Source of the DNA: Octopus vulgaris
Lineage: Eukaryota
Reading direction: 5' to 3'
Length of the DNA: 64,000 bases
NCBI GenBank assembly: GCA_951406725.2
Contig: OX597836.1
Coordinates: 29,574,001-29,638,000 of the forward strand
The notes under the pieces are model-generated. The model did not search any database and had not been told where the DNA came from. It saw nothing but the letters and a program-made list of their open reading frames with translations. Positions 1 through 11,607 of the stretch are shown here, piece by piece (within the stretch, counting starts at the first letter, position 1; every line of letters begins with the position of its first letter). Both the position numbers and the translations under genes were made by a program.

Positions 1-518
1 GGAAAGGAAGCTTCGCTGTTTGAAAAGAATTGTAGAAAACGAACCCTGTTCGAGGGCTTCTGGCATTGCAAAACAGAAGTCAATGCATATCTGTGATTGT
101 CCCCAACTACCACTTCACAACCATGTGTTGGTGTGTTTATAGCCTCGTAACTTAGCAGTTCAGCAAAAAAAACTGATAGCATAAATACCAGGCTTAAAAA
201 AAAAAATTACCGGACCAATTCATTCAACTAAAAATTCTTCAAAGTAGTAGTGCCCCAGCATGCCCACAGACTACTGACTGATACAAGACACACACACACA
301 CACAGGAAATTCTGAAAGGGCAACACCAGACTTTTGCATTGAAAGCTGTACAAATCCCTGAACTTGTCACCACTGCATTAAGCCAAAGGTCTGGCTACTT
401 CCCATCAAAAGTTAAGTTCAGATACTGCAAAGGCTTAGGGTTCAAGGGACCACATATTCTTAATACTTTTGAATACTCTACCAAAACAACTTAAGAGGTC
501 TTCATACAGTGGGCTGTA

Positions 519-735
519 TGAGGAGGTATGAAAAGTTTCTGGCTTTGGGTAAAAGAAAATACAGGTAGATCAGTTAATTATGATATTATTCAACATATTC
601 CCCCTCTCAGATTCACACACCTATTGCAGCAGTCCTTCAGTTTTTCTAAGTGCTGGAAAAGAACTCGGAAGTTTGGGTTGCCAACCAGGCCTTTCAAGAT
701 ACTCTTAAAGCCAGTAACTTTTCAGCAGCCCCTTG
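519..735 (+). mobile_element. Mariner-type MITE (~220 bp), family copy 1
   Basis: TA|TGAGG..AAAAGTTTCTGGCTTT at the left end and AAAGCCAGTAACTTTTTCAGC..CCTTG at the right form imperfect TIRs; body aligns with copies at 9384-9601 and 55865-56069. Confidence 0.75.
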
Positions 736-1705
736 CAAATGTATTCAAGAAACAGAAAAACCTAGTCATTCTGTCTAAGATTCCAAATAAATTTATGTCA
801 TTGTAAGAAATGCTAATGAGTAAGGTTGTACCAAAATTTTCCTCAGTCACCAAAAACTAACCACAGAAGGAAGGCTGTTGAAACAGATCCAACAGTAATG
901 GGTGTGCAGTATGGCCACAGCCCAATTAGTAAAAGTGAGCGAATATATAATTATATGATGTGTATATATGTATATTAAGAGCAACAATTAAACTGCTTTG
1001 TATTATTGGGAGTAATAAAAAAAAAATAGAATTTAAGAGATTAAGGGAGGTTTGATGAAGATGAGAAAAAAAATCAGCTTATGAAAGCAATTCTCTAAAT
1101 CTTAAATCTTCTTAATTTTGTATATGCATAGAAATACTATATTTGTAACCACATTCACACACTGTGCCACACACACACATTTTATATATATACACACACA
1201 CATGAATATGTATACACCATTTGTGAACTCAAACTATATCTATATTGAAATCTATAACACAGTTGTTATAATAAGCATATAAAGTATCCTGATTCCTCTA
1301 AGCATTAAAAGCCTCTCGTCGTCATAGTTGTCATCAAGTTCACATCTGTTGCCGCTGACAATACCCTAAATAGTCTCTGCCATTATCAACCTCACACTGT
1401 CACACGTTTATCCTCTTGCCGTATCCCAAGATCTTATCTGATTACTTTTGATTTTGAGACTTCTTTATCCTGTCTCCAACCACAACGCAGTTATATTCTA
1501 CCATCAAAAAGCATTGTGGCAGTTCTCCCCTACTCTCACACCAATCGGTCATCCATGTGTATTACACATCTAAGGAAATACAAATGACTGAAACATCCAA
1601 CCCAGTAAGAGAAGCTTCTAAATCAACATTTTTATCTTCTATCTTTTACTTGTTTCAGTCATTGGATTGTGGCCATGCTGGGGCATCACTTTGAAGGGTT
1701 TAGCC

Positions 1706-2133
1706 CAGGCCTGGCCAACTCAGATTACATTTTGCTTTCTCATGCTATTATTACAATAATGAATGAATGATTTCTTCTCTGGATTTGGTTTGCAAGATTC
1801 TTTACATGAGTTTGTGTGTTGAAGCATATTCTGTTGTGTCTAGGGAGAGTCATTTTCTTTTTGTGCCTTATTATGTAACACACTCACCGGTAAAATTTCC
1901 ACTTTTTTCTTATTTTTACTGTCCAGGACATGAATGATTTTTGATTCAACATGAAATATTATCGTTGCATAAACAGTAGTGTCTCTTTTTTACTTTTCAT
2001 TACAATCTTTAAATTTTTGATAGAATTTTGAAAATGTTTGTTTAAATAAACCCATTTCAAGAAAGTATTAAGTGGTCAAGATAAAACTCTGAAGGTCACA
2101 TGCGGCTCGTGGGCCTCAGGTTGGCCAGCTCTG
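1706..2133. mobile_element. hAT (Charlie-like) MITE
   Basis: TIRs CAGGCCTGGCCAAC / GTTGGCCAGCTCTG; perfect 8-bp TSD GTTTAGCC at 1698-1705 and 2134-2141; interrupts a minus-strand SINE. Confidence 0.85.
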
Positions 2134-2141
2134 GTTTAGCC

Positions 2142-2350
2142 CAATGTTTCTCAATTGGGGACCATATGGCCCTTGAGGGGCTTCTTATAAGATTTTGTTG
2201 GTAAAATCCACGTGCAACAAACTAGTCACACTTCATACAATATTTTAATTTTCTTTTCATACAACTAAATACTGAATGGCTGTGAGGGTCCACCCATGTA
2301 ACATAGGAATCAAAGGGGTCCATCAGCAAAATAATGGTTGAATACCACTG
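2142..2350. mobile_element. Second hAT (Charlie-like) MITE in the same target site
   Basis: TIRs CAATGTTTCTCAA / TTGAATACCACTG; flanked by GTTTAGCC at 2134-2141 and 2351-2358; related body at 16846-17082. Confidence 0.8.
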
Positions 2351-2495
2351 GTTTAGCCAAACATATCAACCCCTGTACTTAATTTTATTTTTAAGTCTAT
2401 TTTTGCCAAACTGCCAAGTTACAGGGATGTAAACAAACCAACACTGGTTATCAAGTATTGGTGCAGGGTAAACACATACCTAAACACACATCCTT

Positions 2496-2838
2496 TTGTT
2501 TTTTTACTTGTTTCAATCAGACTGTGGCCATGCTGGGGCACTGCCTTGAATTTTAACCTGGTATTTACTCTATTAGTCTGTTTAGCTGAACCACTAAGTT
2601 ACAGGGATGTAAACACACCAACACCAGTTGTCAAGCAGTCGAGGGAGACAAACACAGACACAAAGACACACACATATATACAATGGGCTTCTTTCAGTTT
2701 CCATCAATCAAATCCACTCACAAGGCTTTGTTGGCCCGAGGCTATTGTAGAAGACACATGCTCAAGTACCACACTGCAGGATTGAACCCAGAACCATGTG
2801 GTTGGGAAGCAAACCTCTTAACACACAGCATACACCTA
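2496..2838 (-). mobile_element. SINE family A copy (tRNA head, CORE-like domain)
   Basis: Reverse-complement match to the full copies at 18848 and 47161. Confidence 0.85.
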
Positions 2839-3300
2839 TAAAACTAATCATCCTTTTGTAGTCCAGTATCCCACCTCAGCCCTTGATGAGAATTTTCATT
2901 CCCAGTAGCCACTAAAATGAAGACAAGCATCACAAACCAGGGAGAGGGAGGGAACAATTCTTCGTCATTACTCAGCCAGCTAGAAACAACAATTATATCT
3001 CCTCAAATTGCATGCAAGCATTCTAAAAATAGAAAGGATACACCAGATAATGTAGTCCAGAATATACAATGCTTAAATAAAAGACAGGCTGGTCAAGGCA
3101 AAAATGCAGACCGCAGGCTAAGCAATTTCAACTCTATCAATCTCTGAGTTATAACTTACACATAATTTCCAATCAATGTGATATTAATCCCTTGACAGAC
3201 ATCATGCAACAAAACTTTCAACTAGAAGACTTTCCCAGTGGACAAGACAGTTCATTGATCTTTTATTTATACATACATACATACATACATACACATATCT

Positions 3301-3413
3301 GGAGGCACAATGGCCCAGTGGTTAGGGCAGCGAACTCGCGATCGTAGGATCGTGGTTTTGATTCCCAGACCGGGCGTTGTGAGTGTTTATTGAGCAAAAA
3401 AACCTAAAGCTCC
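3301..3413 (+). mobile_element. tRNA-derived SINE 5' head, truncated
   Basis: A box TGGCCCAGTGG and B-box-like GGTTTTGATTCCC followed by non-tRNA body; lies in a TA/CATA microsatellite. Confidence 0.65.
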
Positions 3414-3414
3414 A

Positions 3415-3445
<31 letters not shown>

Positions 3446-3446
3446 A

Positions 3447-3825
3447 GCACAGGCGTGACTGTGTGGTAAGTAGCTTGTTTACCAACCACATGGTTCCAGG
3501 TTCAGTCCCACTGAGTGGCACCTTGGGCAAGTGTCTTCTGCTATAGCTTCAGGTCAACCAAAGCCTTGTGAGTGGATTTGGTAGACTGAAACTAAAAGAA
3601 ACCTGTCATGTGTGTGTATGTGTGTGTGTGTGTTTGTTCCCCCACCATGGCTTGACAACCGATGTTGGTGTGTTTACATCCCCGTTAACTTAGTGGTTCA
3701 GCGAAAGAGACCAACAGGATGAATACTAGGCTTACAAAGAATCCTGGGGTCGATTTGTTTGACTAAAGGCAGTGCTCCAGCATGGCCGCAGTCAAACGAC
3801 AGAAACAAGTAAAAAAAAAATAAAA
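3447..3825 (+). mobile_element. SINE family A copy
   Basis: Head GTGTGGTAAGTAGCTTG..GGTTCAGTCCC, CORE-like CACCTTGGGCAAGTG, internal (TG)n, tail GAAACAAGTAAAA. Confidence 0.9.
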
Positions 3826-5914
3826 GAATACAGGATGCTTCTTTCAGTTTCTCTTTACCAAATCCACTCACAAGGCTTTGGTCGGCCTGAGGCAATAGTA
3901 AAAGACACTTGCCCAAGGTGCCACACAGTGGGACTGAACACAGAACCATGTGGTTGGCAAGCTTCTTAACACACAGCCACACCTAGCTGTGTTTCCATAG
4001 TATTAACCAGATGAGAGGTAACCTCACACCTAGACATGATACGTGTGACAGAGGTAGCTTTTCCCTTAATGCAAAAGCAACATATCCCTTGTCAACTTTA
4101 TCATATTACAAGTCTAAAGAGAGAGAAACCTCTAAATTGGATTGTGGCGGGTGGTGGGGTATTAGTACCTGGAGCCAACTGCAAGCACGCAAGAAGCTGT
4201 GATGCATCTGTTCTGAAAATAAAATAATGAAGCTTTGATTTCACAGATTCATAAATATAACTAATATTAAATTACTGTTTTAGTCTTCACGCTTAATGTG
4301 AAGGGGGGGTGTCTGGGGATAAGGGTGTGTCTTGTTTTTGTTTTGTCTTTGGTTTGTTTGTTTTTTGTTATGTCATATGGGTTTCCATAGAACACTGCAT
4401 TGGCAAATGATTTCAAATTTGAATGAAGATGAGGGTTCCTCACTCCTGGTCTATGCAATTGTTCACCTTACTAGAAATACCAGCCAACTCTCTCCCTCTA
4501 GTCTAACTTCACCCACTCAACAAATACAGCCTCTAATATACAAAAATGACTGGTTGGAATGTCTTTGCTAATTGGTCTGCTCCATCAGAGCTGACCAAAG
4601 GCTAAACAGCAACAAAAGCAAAGCAGCTTGTGGAACTTCGAAGCTGTTAAATGGCTTGGCTCATTAACAGTTAAGTAGTTGGTCAGCCTTACACCAGTCC
4701 TGAACAAACAGCTTGCGGTCATTACTATCTATCCCTTCTTTTTTCATCATTTAACTTTTAATGTGTTTCAGTCTTTGGACTGTGGCCAAGCTGGGGCCCT
4801 ATCTTGAAGGGTTTAGTCAACCCCCAATACTTATTTTAAGTCTGGAACATATTCTACCATCCTCATTTTATTGAACCACTAAAATACAAGGATGTAAACA
4901 AACCAGTTCTGGCTGGTGAAAGACAAACACGGAAACACACACATGCATACACAGAAACACACACATGCACGCACACAATGGGTTCCTTTCAGTCTCCATC
5001 AATCAAATCCACTCACAAGGCTTTAGCCAGCCTGAGACCATAGTAGAAGACACTTGCTCAAGGTTCCATGTTTGCCCCCACAACATCGCTTGACAACCGA
5101 TGCTGGTGTGTTTACGTCCCAGTAACTTAGCAGTTCGGCAAAAGTGACCAATAGCATAAGTACTAGGCTTACAAAGAATAAGTCCTGGGGTTGATTTACT
5201 CGACTAAAGGTGGTGCTTCAGCATGGCCGCAATCAAATGACTGAAACAAGTAAAGGAATGCTACACCAGCTTATATGCCAGAAAATACAGTAAACTCTTG
5301 GCCATAGACTCCGAAACACTTGTAACAGGATATATGGCTCTGACCAATCAGCCGGCTTCTTTAATATCCTAGAAACTTAGGCATTCGATCTCTCATTGAG
5401 GAAAATAACATGTCATTATCTAAACAATACAATGAACTATAAGATGATCAAATGAAGATGAAGTAAATGTCACACACATATGGAAAAAATATCAATACTA
5501 TGAAATATATTAATGAGTTCAACTCATTGCAGCATGAAATAAGTGGACAAAAAAATAATAAATAAAGATGGTAATATATTTTTTTGAGATTCTAAAATAC
5601 TTCAGTTTTAAATAGATTCAGTCTGACATATTCACAAAGATGTATTTCACCATCATCATCTTCATCGTTTTAACATCCACTTTTCCATGCTTGCATGGGC
5701 TGGATGCAGTTTGTTGAGGAAAATTTGCTACAGCCCGATGCCCTTCATGTTATCAACCCTCACCTGTTTCCAAGCAAGGTAATGTCCCCATGGTCAGACA
5801 TGTGTCCTTGCAGTAGATTGGAAATGAATAACACTGTTTGCATGAGAGTGACAATAATTTTACAACTATCACATGATGTCAGGACATATATACACATACA
5901 TACATACATACATA

Positions 5915-6305
5915 TCTTTTACTTGTTTCTGTCATTTCACTTCAGCCATGCTGGAGGGCCACCTTAAAGAGCTTCTTAGTTAATGAAATCGACCCCAGGA
6001 CTTATTCTTTGTAACCCTAGTACTTATTTTATCAGTCTCGTTTGCTTAACTGCTAAGTTATGGGGACTTAAACACACAAACATTGGTTGCCAAGTGATGA
6101 TGGGGAGACAAACAGACACAAAGACACACACACACACATAAATATAAACAATAGGCTTCTTTCAGTTTCCATCTACCAAATCCACTCACAAGGCTTTGGT
6201 TGGCCTGAGGCTATAGTAGAAAACACTTTCCCAAGGTGCCATACAGAGGGACTGAACCTGGAACCATATGGTTGGGAAGCAAGCTTCATACTACACAACC
6301 ACGCC
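5915..6305 (-). mobile_element. SINE family A copy
   Basis: Reverse-complement match along the full family length. Confidence 0.85.
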
Positions 6306-7090
6306 TAAGACTTTGGTGCACCTAGAGCTATAGTAGAAGACCTCCAATTAGCCATGCAGTAAAACTGGACCAAGAACCATGTGGTTGGAAGCAAACTTCT
6401 TAAGTCACACAGCCATGTCTACACCTACTGTACATACTATAATGCATGTGTACATATTTTAGGGTCGTCTAGAAATAGGAAGAAGAAACAACTCTTAGAT
6501 TATTGCAGTTGGAAGTAGCAGACCAAAACATCAAATCCTCCTCAGACTGGAGACCTGGATAAATTCAGTTTATTCAACAGGCTTCCACAGGGTCAAACTT
6601 TAGCCAAAGTAGAAGAAACTTCTCCAAGATGCTGCGCAATGGCTATCACACCCAGAACCACGGATTCCAATTCAATCTGCTTCACCACATGGCCATACAC
6701 GTATTCAGTTTAGATTGATCAAAACAAACGATAAAACATCAGATGCAGCCTGCTTCCTAAACTTTTAAGTAGGCTGCTTTCTATTGTGTCTCTCTTATAG
6801 GGTTGTCGCAGTGTGTCCAGAAACATAATGACTTAAATAAAGAACCACTAATTGTAACAGATAATCAGCTTTTCTCGGTGGTATTCGATATGTTAAATTA
6901 ATCAAACAAAATAAAGGAAAGGACAGTACATTTTAATCAAGCCATTTAATTTGTTCGTCAGATTGGTTAGAAATAATCTGATGTGAAAAGTATTACAGCA
7001 GCTTCTGATTTTAAGTCTTTGAAACATAATGTAAGACCAATATTTATCTACGTGGAGATAAATGATTAAGTACTTTTAAAATGACAACAC

Positions 7091-7211
7091 TTAGTGTCTG
7101 TTGGGATAATGGCTAGTGTTAAGAACATTAGATCCAGTTGGTAAAATGAAGGCTTCAGGTACAGACACTGATCTGTATACTGCAGGAATATCCTTGACCC
7201 AAGAATATCGC
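7091..7211 (-). CDS. Probable terminal coding exon of an unidentified host gene (RYSWVKDIPAVYRSVSVPEAFILPTGSNVLNTSHYPNRH*)
   Basis: Acceptor ATCTTTCAG| on the minus strand; open phase-2 frame to TAA at 7093-7091; phase matches exon 9346-9301; unique sequence followed by UTR-like DNA. Confidence 0.62.
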
Positions 7212-7809
7212 CTGAAAGATTACTGTAGAGAATACAAACCAAAGACAATGTCAACAACATATCCAGGATGAGGAAATAATTTGAAAAACAAACATGACCA
7301 ATATTTAAATTTACTCTTCAGATAGAAAAAGCAGAACGATGCTCATGGGACTTGAAACCCACATCTCCTGTAAGCGCGAGAGCTGTTCTAACTAACCACT
7401 GGACCAAAGCAATCCTTCGAATTTCTCTAAAAACTTCACTTACCAGCGAGAATAATTCTCATATTTGGAATGGTGTATCTTGAAGATAAAGCTATAAATA
7501 ATAGCATGTAAATGTCAGGTTGAATACCTGTCAAGTTTACAGGACATGTGGGTTCAAGTCTCACAAGCAGCCTTTGACATTTGTCTATCCAAAGGATCTT
7601 TTAACCCAATATTTACACACTATTATTTACAGCTTTATCTGCTTCAAGATCCCCCATTTCAGAAAAGAATTATTTCAAGTTATCTTGAAGTTTATAAATT
7701 CTTCTAGTGTCAAGTTTAAATTTATATTTTTTGTAAGTAATAACTATAAAATAATAGGCAAACATAAATTACTCTTTAAATACTTTGCTAATTGTAACTA
7801 AGAGTCTGT

Positions 7810-8247
7810 CTGTAACAAGTGTTCCAGTTGATCCGATCAATAGAACAGCCTGCTCATGAAATTAACATGTCTGTCTCTATGTTCTGAGTTCAAATTCTGC
7901 CAAGGTTGACTTTGCCTTTCATCCTTTCGGGGTCGATAAATTGAGTACCAGTTGTGTATTGGGGTTGATCTAATCGACTGGCCCCCTCCCCAAAAATGTT
8001 GGGCCTTGTGTCTAGAGTAGAAAAGAATATAGTTTTCAGGGAGATTCAGCATGACACAGAATGTGACAAGGTTGGCCCGTTGTATTACAGGTATAACTCA
8101 TTTTTGCCAGCTGAGCATAATGTGAAAAAAGTGAAGAGTAACATGAAATGGAGAGTCTTGCTCAAGGACACAATGTGCCACCAGGAATTGAACTTATGAC
8201 CTTATGATCGTGAACTGAATACCCTAATTATTAAGCCATGCACCTTC
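7810..8247 (-). mobile_element. SINE family D (tRNA head, CORE-like) with a nested family B fragment (~7880-8030)
   Basis: Minus-strand head GCATGGCTTAATAATTAGGG..AAGTTCAATTCC then TGTGTCCTTGAGCAAGAC; matches 13157-13452, 48278-48578 and 62991-63240. Confidence 0.75.
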
Positions 8248-9300
8248 ACTTTACTAATTGTAGTAATGAAGAACTGCCTGGAGTTTAGTAAATAAAATAC
8301 AGTTTATTAAGTAAAAGAGGGAAAGCTAAAAAAAAATTTAGTTATTCTTCAGGGTCTGTAGCCTTGAGAATAACATGGTGACCTCAGTAGTGCTGGTGGC
8401 ATGAATGAAGTACACCGTACATGCTGTGTAAAGTGGGTGGCATAAGGAAGGGCATCGTGACATAGAAACTATGCCAAAGCAGACACTGGAGCACAAACTG
8501 TTCAACCCATGGGATACATCATGGAATAGAGATGTTAAAATGATGATAACGAAGATATATACACTCACACCAAACATACGATGAATAAATTCCTGGAGTA
8601 GGCAGTAGGATCTAATAAATATACCAACACTGGTTGTCAAGTAGTGGTGGAGACAAGCAGACACACACTCATAAATATATAATGGGCTTCTTATTTTAGT
8701 TTCTGTTTACTAAAATCCGCTCACGTGGCTTTTGGCCAGCCCAAGGCTATAGCAGAAGAGACTTGCCCATGGTACCACACAGCGGCACTGAACCCACAAC
8801 CATACGGTTGGGAAGCAAACTTCCTACCACACAGTTATACCTTTTATTGTATTTTTATAGTTTTACTCTATTCTATTTTCTCTCATCTTCCTCCCTATCT
8901 ATCCTTCTAACAGGTTACTCTATAATCTTACTAATATATATATGTGTATACATACATATATACATACACACACACATACATACACTTGTACTTACATACT
9001 CATTATTACTATTTTAAACTTTCACATGAAACAGAATATCTCTTAAAATTAGCTCAATCACAAAATGCACACATGTACACGCATGTAATGTAACACACAT
9101 GTGATATGACACACGTGCACATACTTACACTTTGTAACATACAGATGGTTTAGTTTCTGCCTCCGTTTAAACACTATTTTTTGTACTATAGAGGTGAACT
9201 CCAGCACATAATTAATAGCATTATTCACTGGTATTATTATTACTTCATTTTCTGTTTTTTAGAAATATTTATAGTTCTAACCTGAATAGGTACAGCCTAC

Positions 9301-9346
9301 CTTGTGTAACCAGACAGAATGTCCCTGATACAGTTGTAGGCAGATA
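9301..9346 (-). CDS. Probable internal coding exon (46 nt; VSAYNCIRDILSGYTR)
   Basis: CTTTTAATCTACCAG| acceptor and AAG|GTAGGC donor; phase 1 in, phase 2 out, joining 10195-10172 to 7211-7091 without stops. Confidence 0.6.
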
Positions 9347-9383
9347 CTGGTAGATTAAAAGTGGAGATGTACATATCTATATA

Positions 9384-9601
9384 TGAGGCGGGGTGCTGAA
9401 AAGTTCCTGGCTTTGGGGCAAAGAAAAGACAGGAAGATCAGTTAATTATGATTTTATTCAACATGCTCCCCTCTCAAATTCACACACCTATTGCAGTGGT
9501 TCTTCAGTTTTTCTGGGCCTTGTAAAAGAACTTGGAAGATAGGGCCTCCAACCAGGACTTTTGCGAGACCCTTAAAGCTACGAACTTTTCAGCACTCCTC
9601 G
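9384..9601 (+). mobile_element. Mariner-type MITE, family copy 2
   Basis: TA|TGAGG..GTGCTGAAAAGTTC and GAACTTTTCAGCACTCCTCG|TA TIRs; TA TSD. Confidence 0.85.
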
Positions 9602-9723
9602 TAATAACATTTGTGTGTTTGTGTGTTTATGCTCACTTATAATTAAAACCCTTTTACATTAATCTGAGGGGTTACTCCATGCTTTTGCAGAGTGCAAATT
9701 TGTTCTTAAACAAGAATATTGTT

Positions 9724-9770
9724 GACAGTGACTTCAAAGTTTTAGCCAGTTAAGTGATCGTCAGACTGCC
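9724..9770 (-). ncRNA. Decayed type I minimal hammerhead ribozyme (Penelope-type) inside palindrome 9702-9831
   Basis: Minus strand reads GGCAGT-CTGACGA-TCACTTAACTGGCT-AAAAC-TTTGAA-GTC-ACTGTC: stem I, CUGANGA core, near-palindromic stem III and GUC site; G12 and stem II are mutated. Confidence 0.65.
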
Positions 9771-10171
9771 TATGATGGCTTAACTGGCTAAAACTTTGAA
9801 GCCATTGTCAACTATATTCTTGTTCGTGAACGACACAAACACACACACACATAGAGTGTAGTGAACTTGCCATGGGAGAGTGGAAAAACCAATGTTTCAG
9901 GCAGAATCCTTCGTCATTAATGAGAGACCTAGATCCTATTTTTATCTACATGCAGAGATCTACATCCTATTTTTATCAATTCTATCTACTATATAAGCCT
10001 TGTCAAAGCAGACCAACACTGGCTTCTTTGGAGTCTAAAAATGCTAGGAAATCTCTAAAGACAGTAACCATTATCTTCACTGATCTCATATAAGAGTTCC
10101 ATGTCAAAAACTGGACAGCAGTAAAAAGGAAAAAGAAGGAAATGGAAATATAGTTGAAAAGTGAAATTTAC

Positions 10172-10195
10172 CTTCAAAAAATTGTTTCTTAAGAG
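10172..10195 (-). CDS. Probable 24-nt coding micro-exon (xLKKQFFE)
   Basis: TTCATCTTTCAG| acceptor and GAAG|GTAAAT donor; symmetric phase-1 exon in frame with the two downstream exons. Confidence 0.5.
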
Positions 10196-10228
10196 CTGAA
10201 AGATGAATGTCATTACTTGTGATTCCTA

Positions 10229-10431
10229 CTGTATTTTCTGGCATACAAGTCAGATTTTTCAGACCAAAATTTACGGATAGAAAAAGGAAAATAGGTCAAC
10301 TTATACACCAAAACAACTTTGGGGGACTAAAATTTCCATGTGAAATGCAGCAGAATTTGGAAAGATAATGATTGAATATTTATACATGTTTACATTATAT
10401 ACCATGTTGACTTGTATGTCATAAAATTCTG
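10229..10431 (+). mobile_element. Tc2/pogo-type MITE (~200 bp)
   Basis: TA|CTGTATTTTCTGGCATACAAG and CTTGTATGTCATAAAATTCTG|TA TIRs; four more copies in the window. Confidence 0.8.
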
Positions 10432-10500
10432 TATGTATGCATAAGCTAACAAAAGAAAGCCTCTAGATGGTCATTAGGTCCGTTAGAAATAGCAGCTAAA

Positions 10501-10721
10501 GGTGGCGAGCTGGCAGAAACATTAGCACGCCGAGCGAAATGCTTAGTGGTATTTCGTCTGCCGCTACGTTCTGAGTTCAAGTTCCGCCGAGGTCGACTTT
10601 ACCTTTCATCCTTTCAGGGTCGATTAAATAAGTACCAGTTACGCACTGGGGTCAATATAATCGACTTAATCCCTTTGTCTGTCCCCTCTGTGTGTAGCCC
10701 CTAGTGAGCAGTAAATAAATA
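10501..10721 (+). mobile_element. SINE family B (tRNA head, Nin/Deu-like domain) with 16-bp TSD
   Basis: Head GGTGGCGAGCTGGCAGAA..GAGTTCAAGTTCC, domain CCTTTCATCCTTTCAGGGTCGAT..AAGTACCAG; TSD AGAAATAGCAGCTAAA at 10485-10500 and 10722-10737. Confidence 0.9.
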
Positions 10722-10775
10722 AGAAATAGCAGCTAAATCCCTTTCAAATCATACCCTATCTTAAATACAAACATA

Positions 10776-10985
10776 CCACATTTTCCAGCATACAAGTGCA
10801 ATTTTTCAAACAAATAATTTACAGCCAAAAGAAAGGTAGGTTGACTTATACACCAAGACAACTTTGGGGGACCAAAAATTCCAGGTGAAATGCAACAGGA
10901 TCTGGAAAAAGAGTGACAATGTTTGAATGCTTACACTCTATGACTACACTACATGCTATGTCAACTTATATGTCAGAAAATATGG
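10776..10985 (+). mobile_element. Tc2/pogo-type MITE, copy 2
   Basis: Aligns with 10229-10431; TA-flanked TIRs. Confidence 0.75.
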
Positions 10986-11317
10986 TAATCATCCAATCCG
11001 AGCTGTAAAAATATCCCCTAATTTTCGTCAGTAAACATCTTCCAAACACTTAGAGAAATGGTAAAATGATTGGCCAAATTAGTAATCTTGGCAAATATTC
11101 AATTGTACAGTAGTGATTTGGTAAAATCCAGAATTGGAGGAAAGTGGTAAGAATCAGTATCAAGAGAACAATAATGAAATGCAAAATTAGTTTGTAGGTG
11201 TCAGTAAATTCAGTTGCCCTCAGAATGTTAGATATTTACACAAGACAGGAGTAACCTGTGGTTCGCAGGCCGTATGCAGCCCAAGAGGTTTTCTGAATGG
11301 CACACCAAACGAAAAAC

Positions 11318-11528
11318 TACTCTTTACTCTTTTACTTGTTTCAGTCATTTGACTGCGGCCATGCTAGAGCACCACCTTTAATCGAGCAACTCGACCCCGG
11401 GACTTATTCTTTGTAAGCCCAGTACTTATTCTATCAGTTTCTTTTGCCGAACCGCTAAGTGACAGGGGCATAAACACACCAGCATTGGTTGTCAAGCAAT
11501 ACTAGGGGGACAAACACAGACACACACG

Positions 11529-11568
<40 letters not shown>

Positions 11569-11573
11569 CATAC

Positions 11574-11607
<34 letters not shown>

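Noticed and set aside
305-510. Possible CR1/L2-type LINE 3' remnant (LGFKGP..LPKQL)
   Set aside because: Too degraded to call with confidence
3301-3372. tRNA-like sequences here and at SINE heads
   Set aside because: No complete cloverleaf or terminator, and they continue into SINE bodies; not tRNA genes
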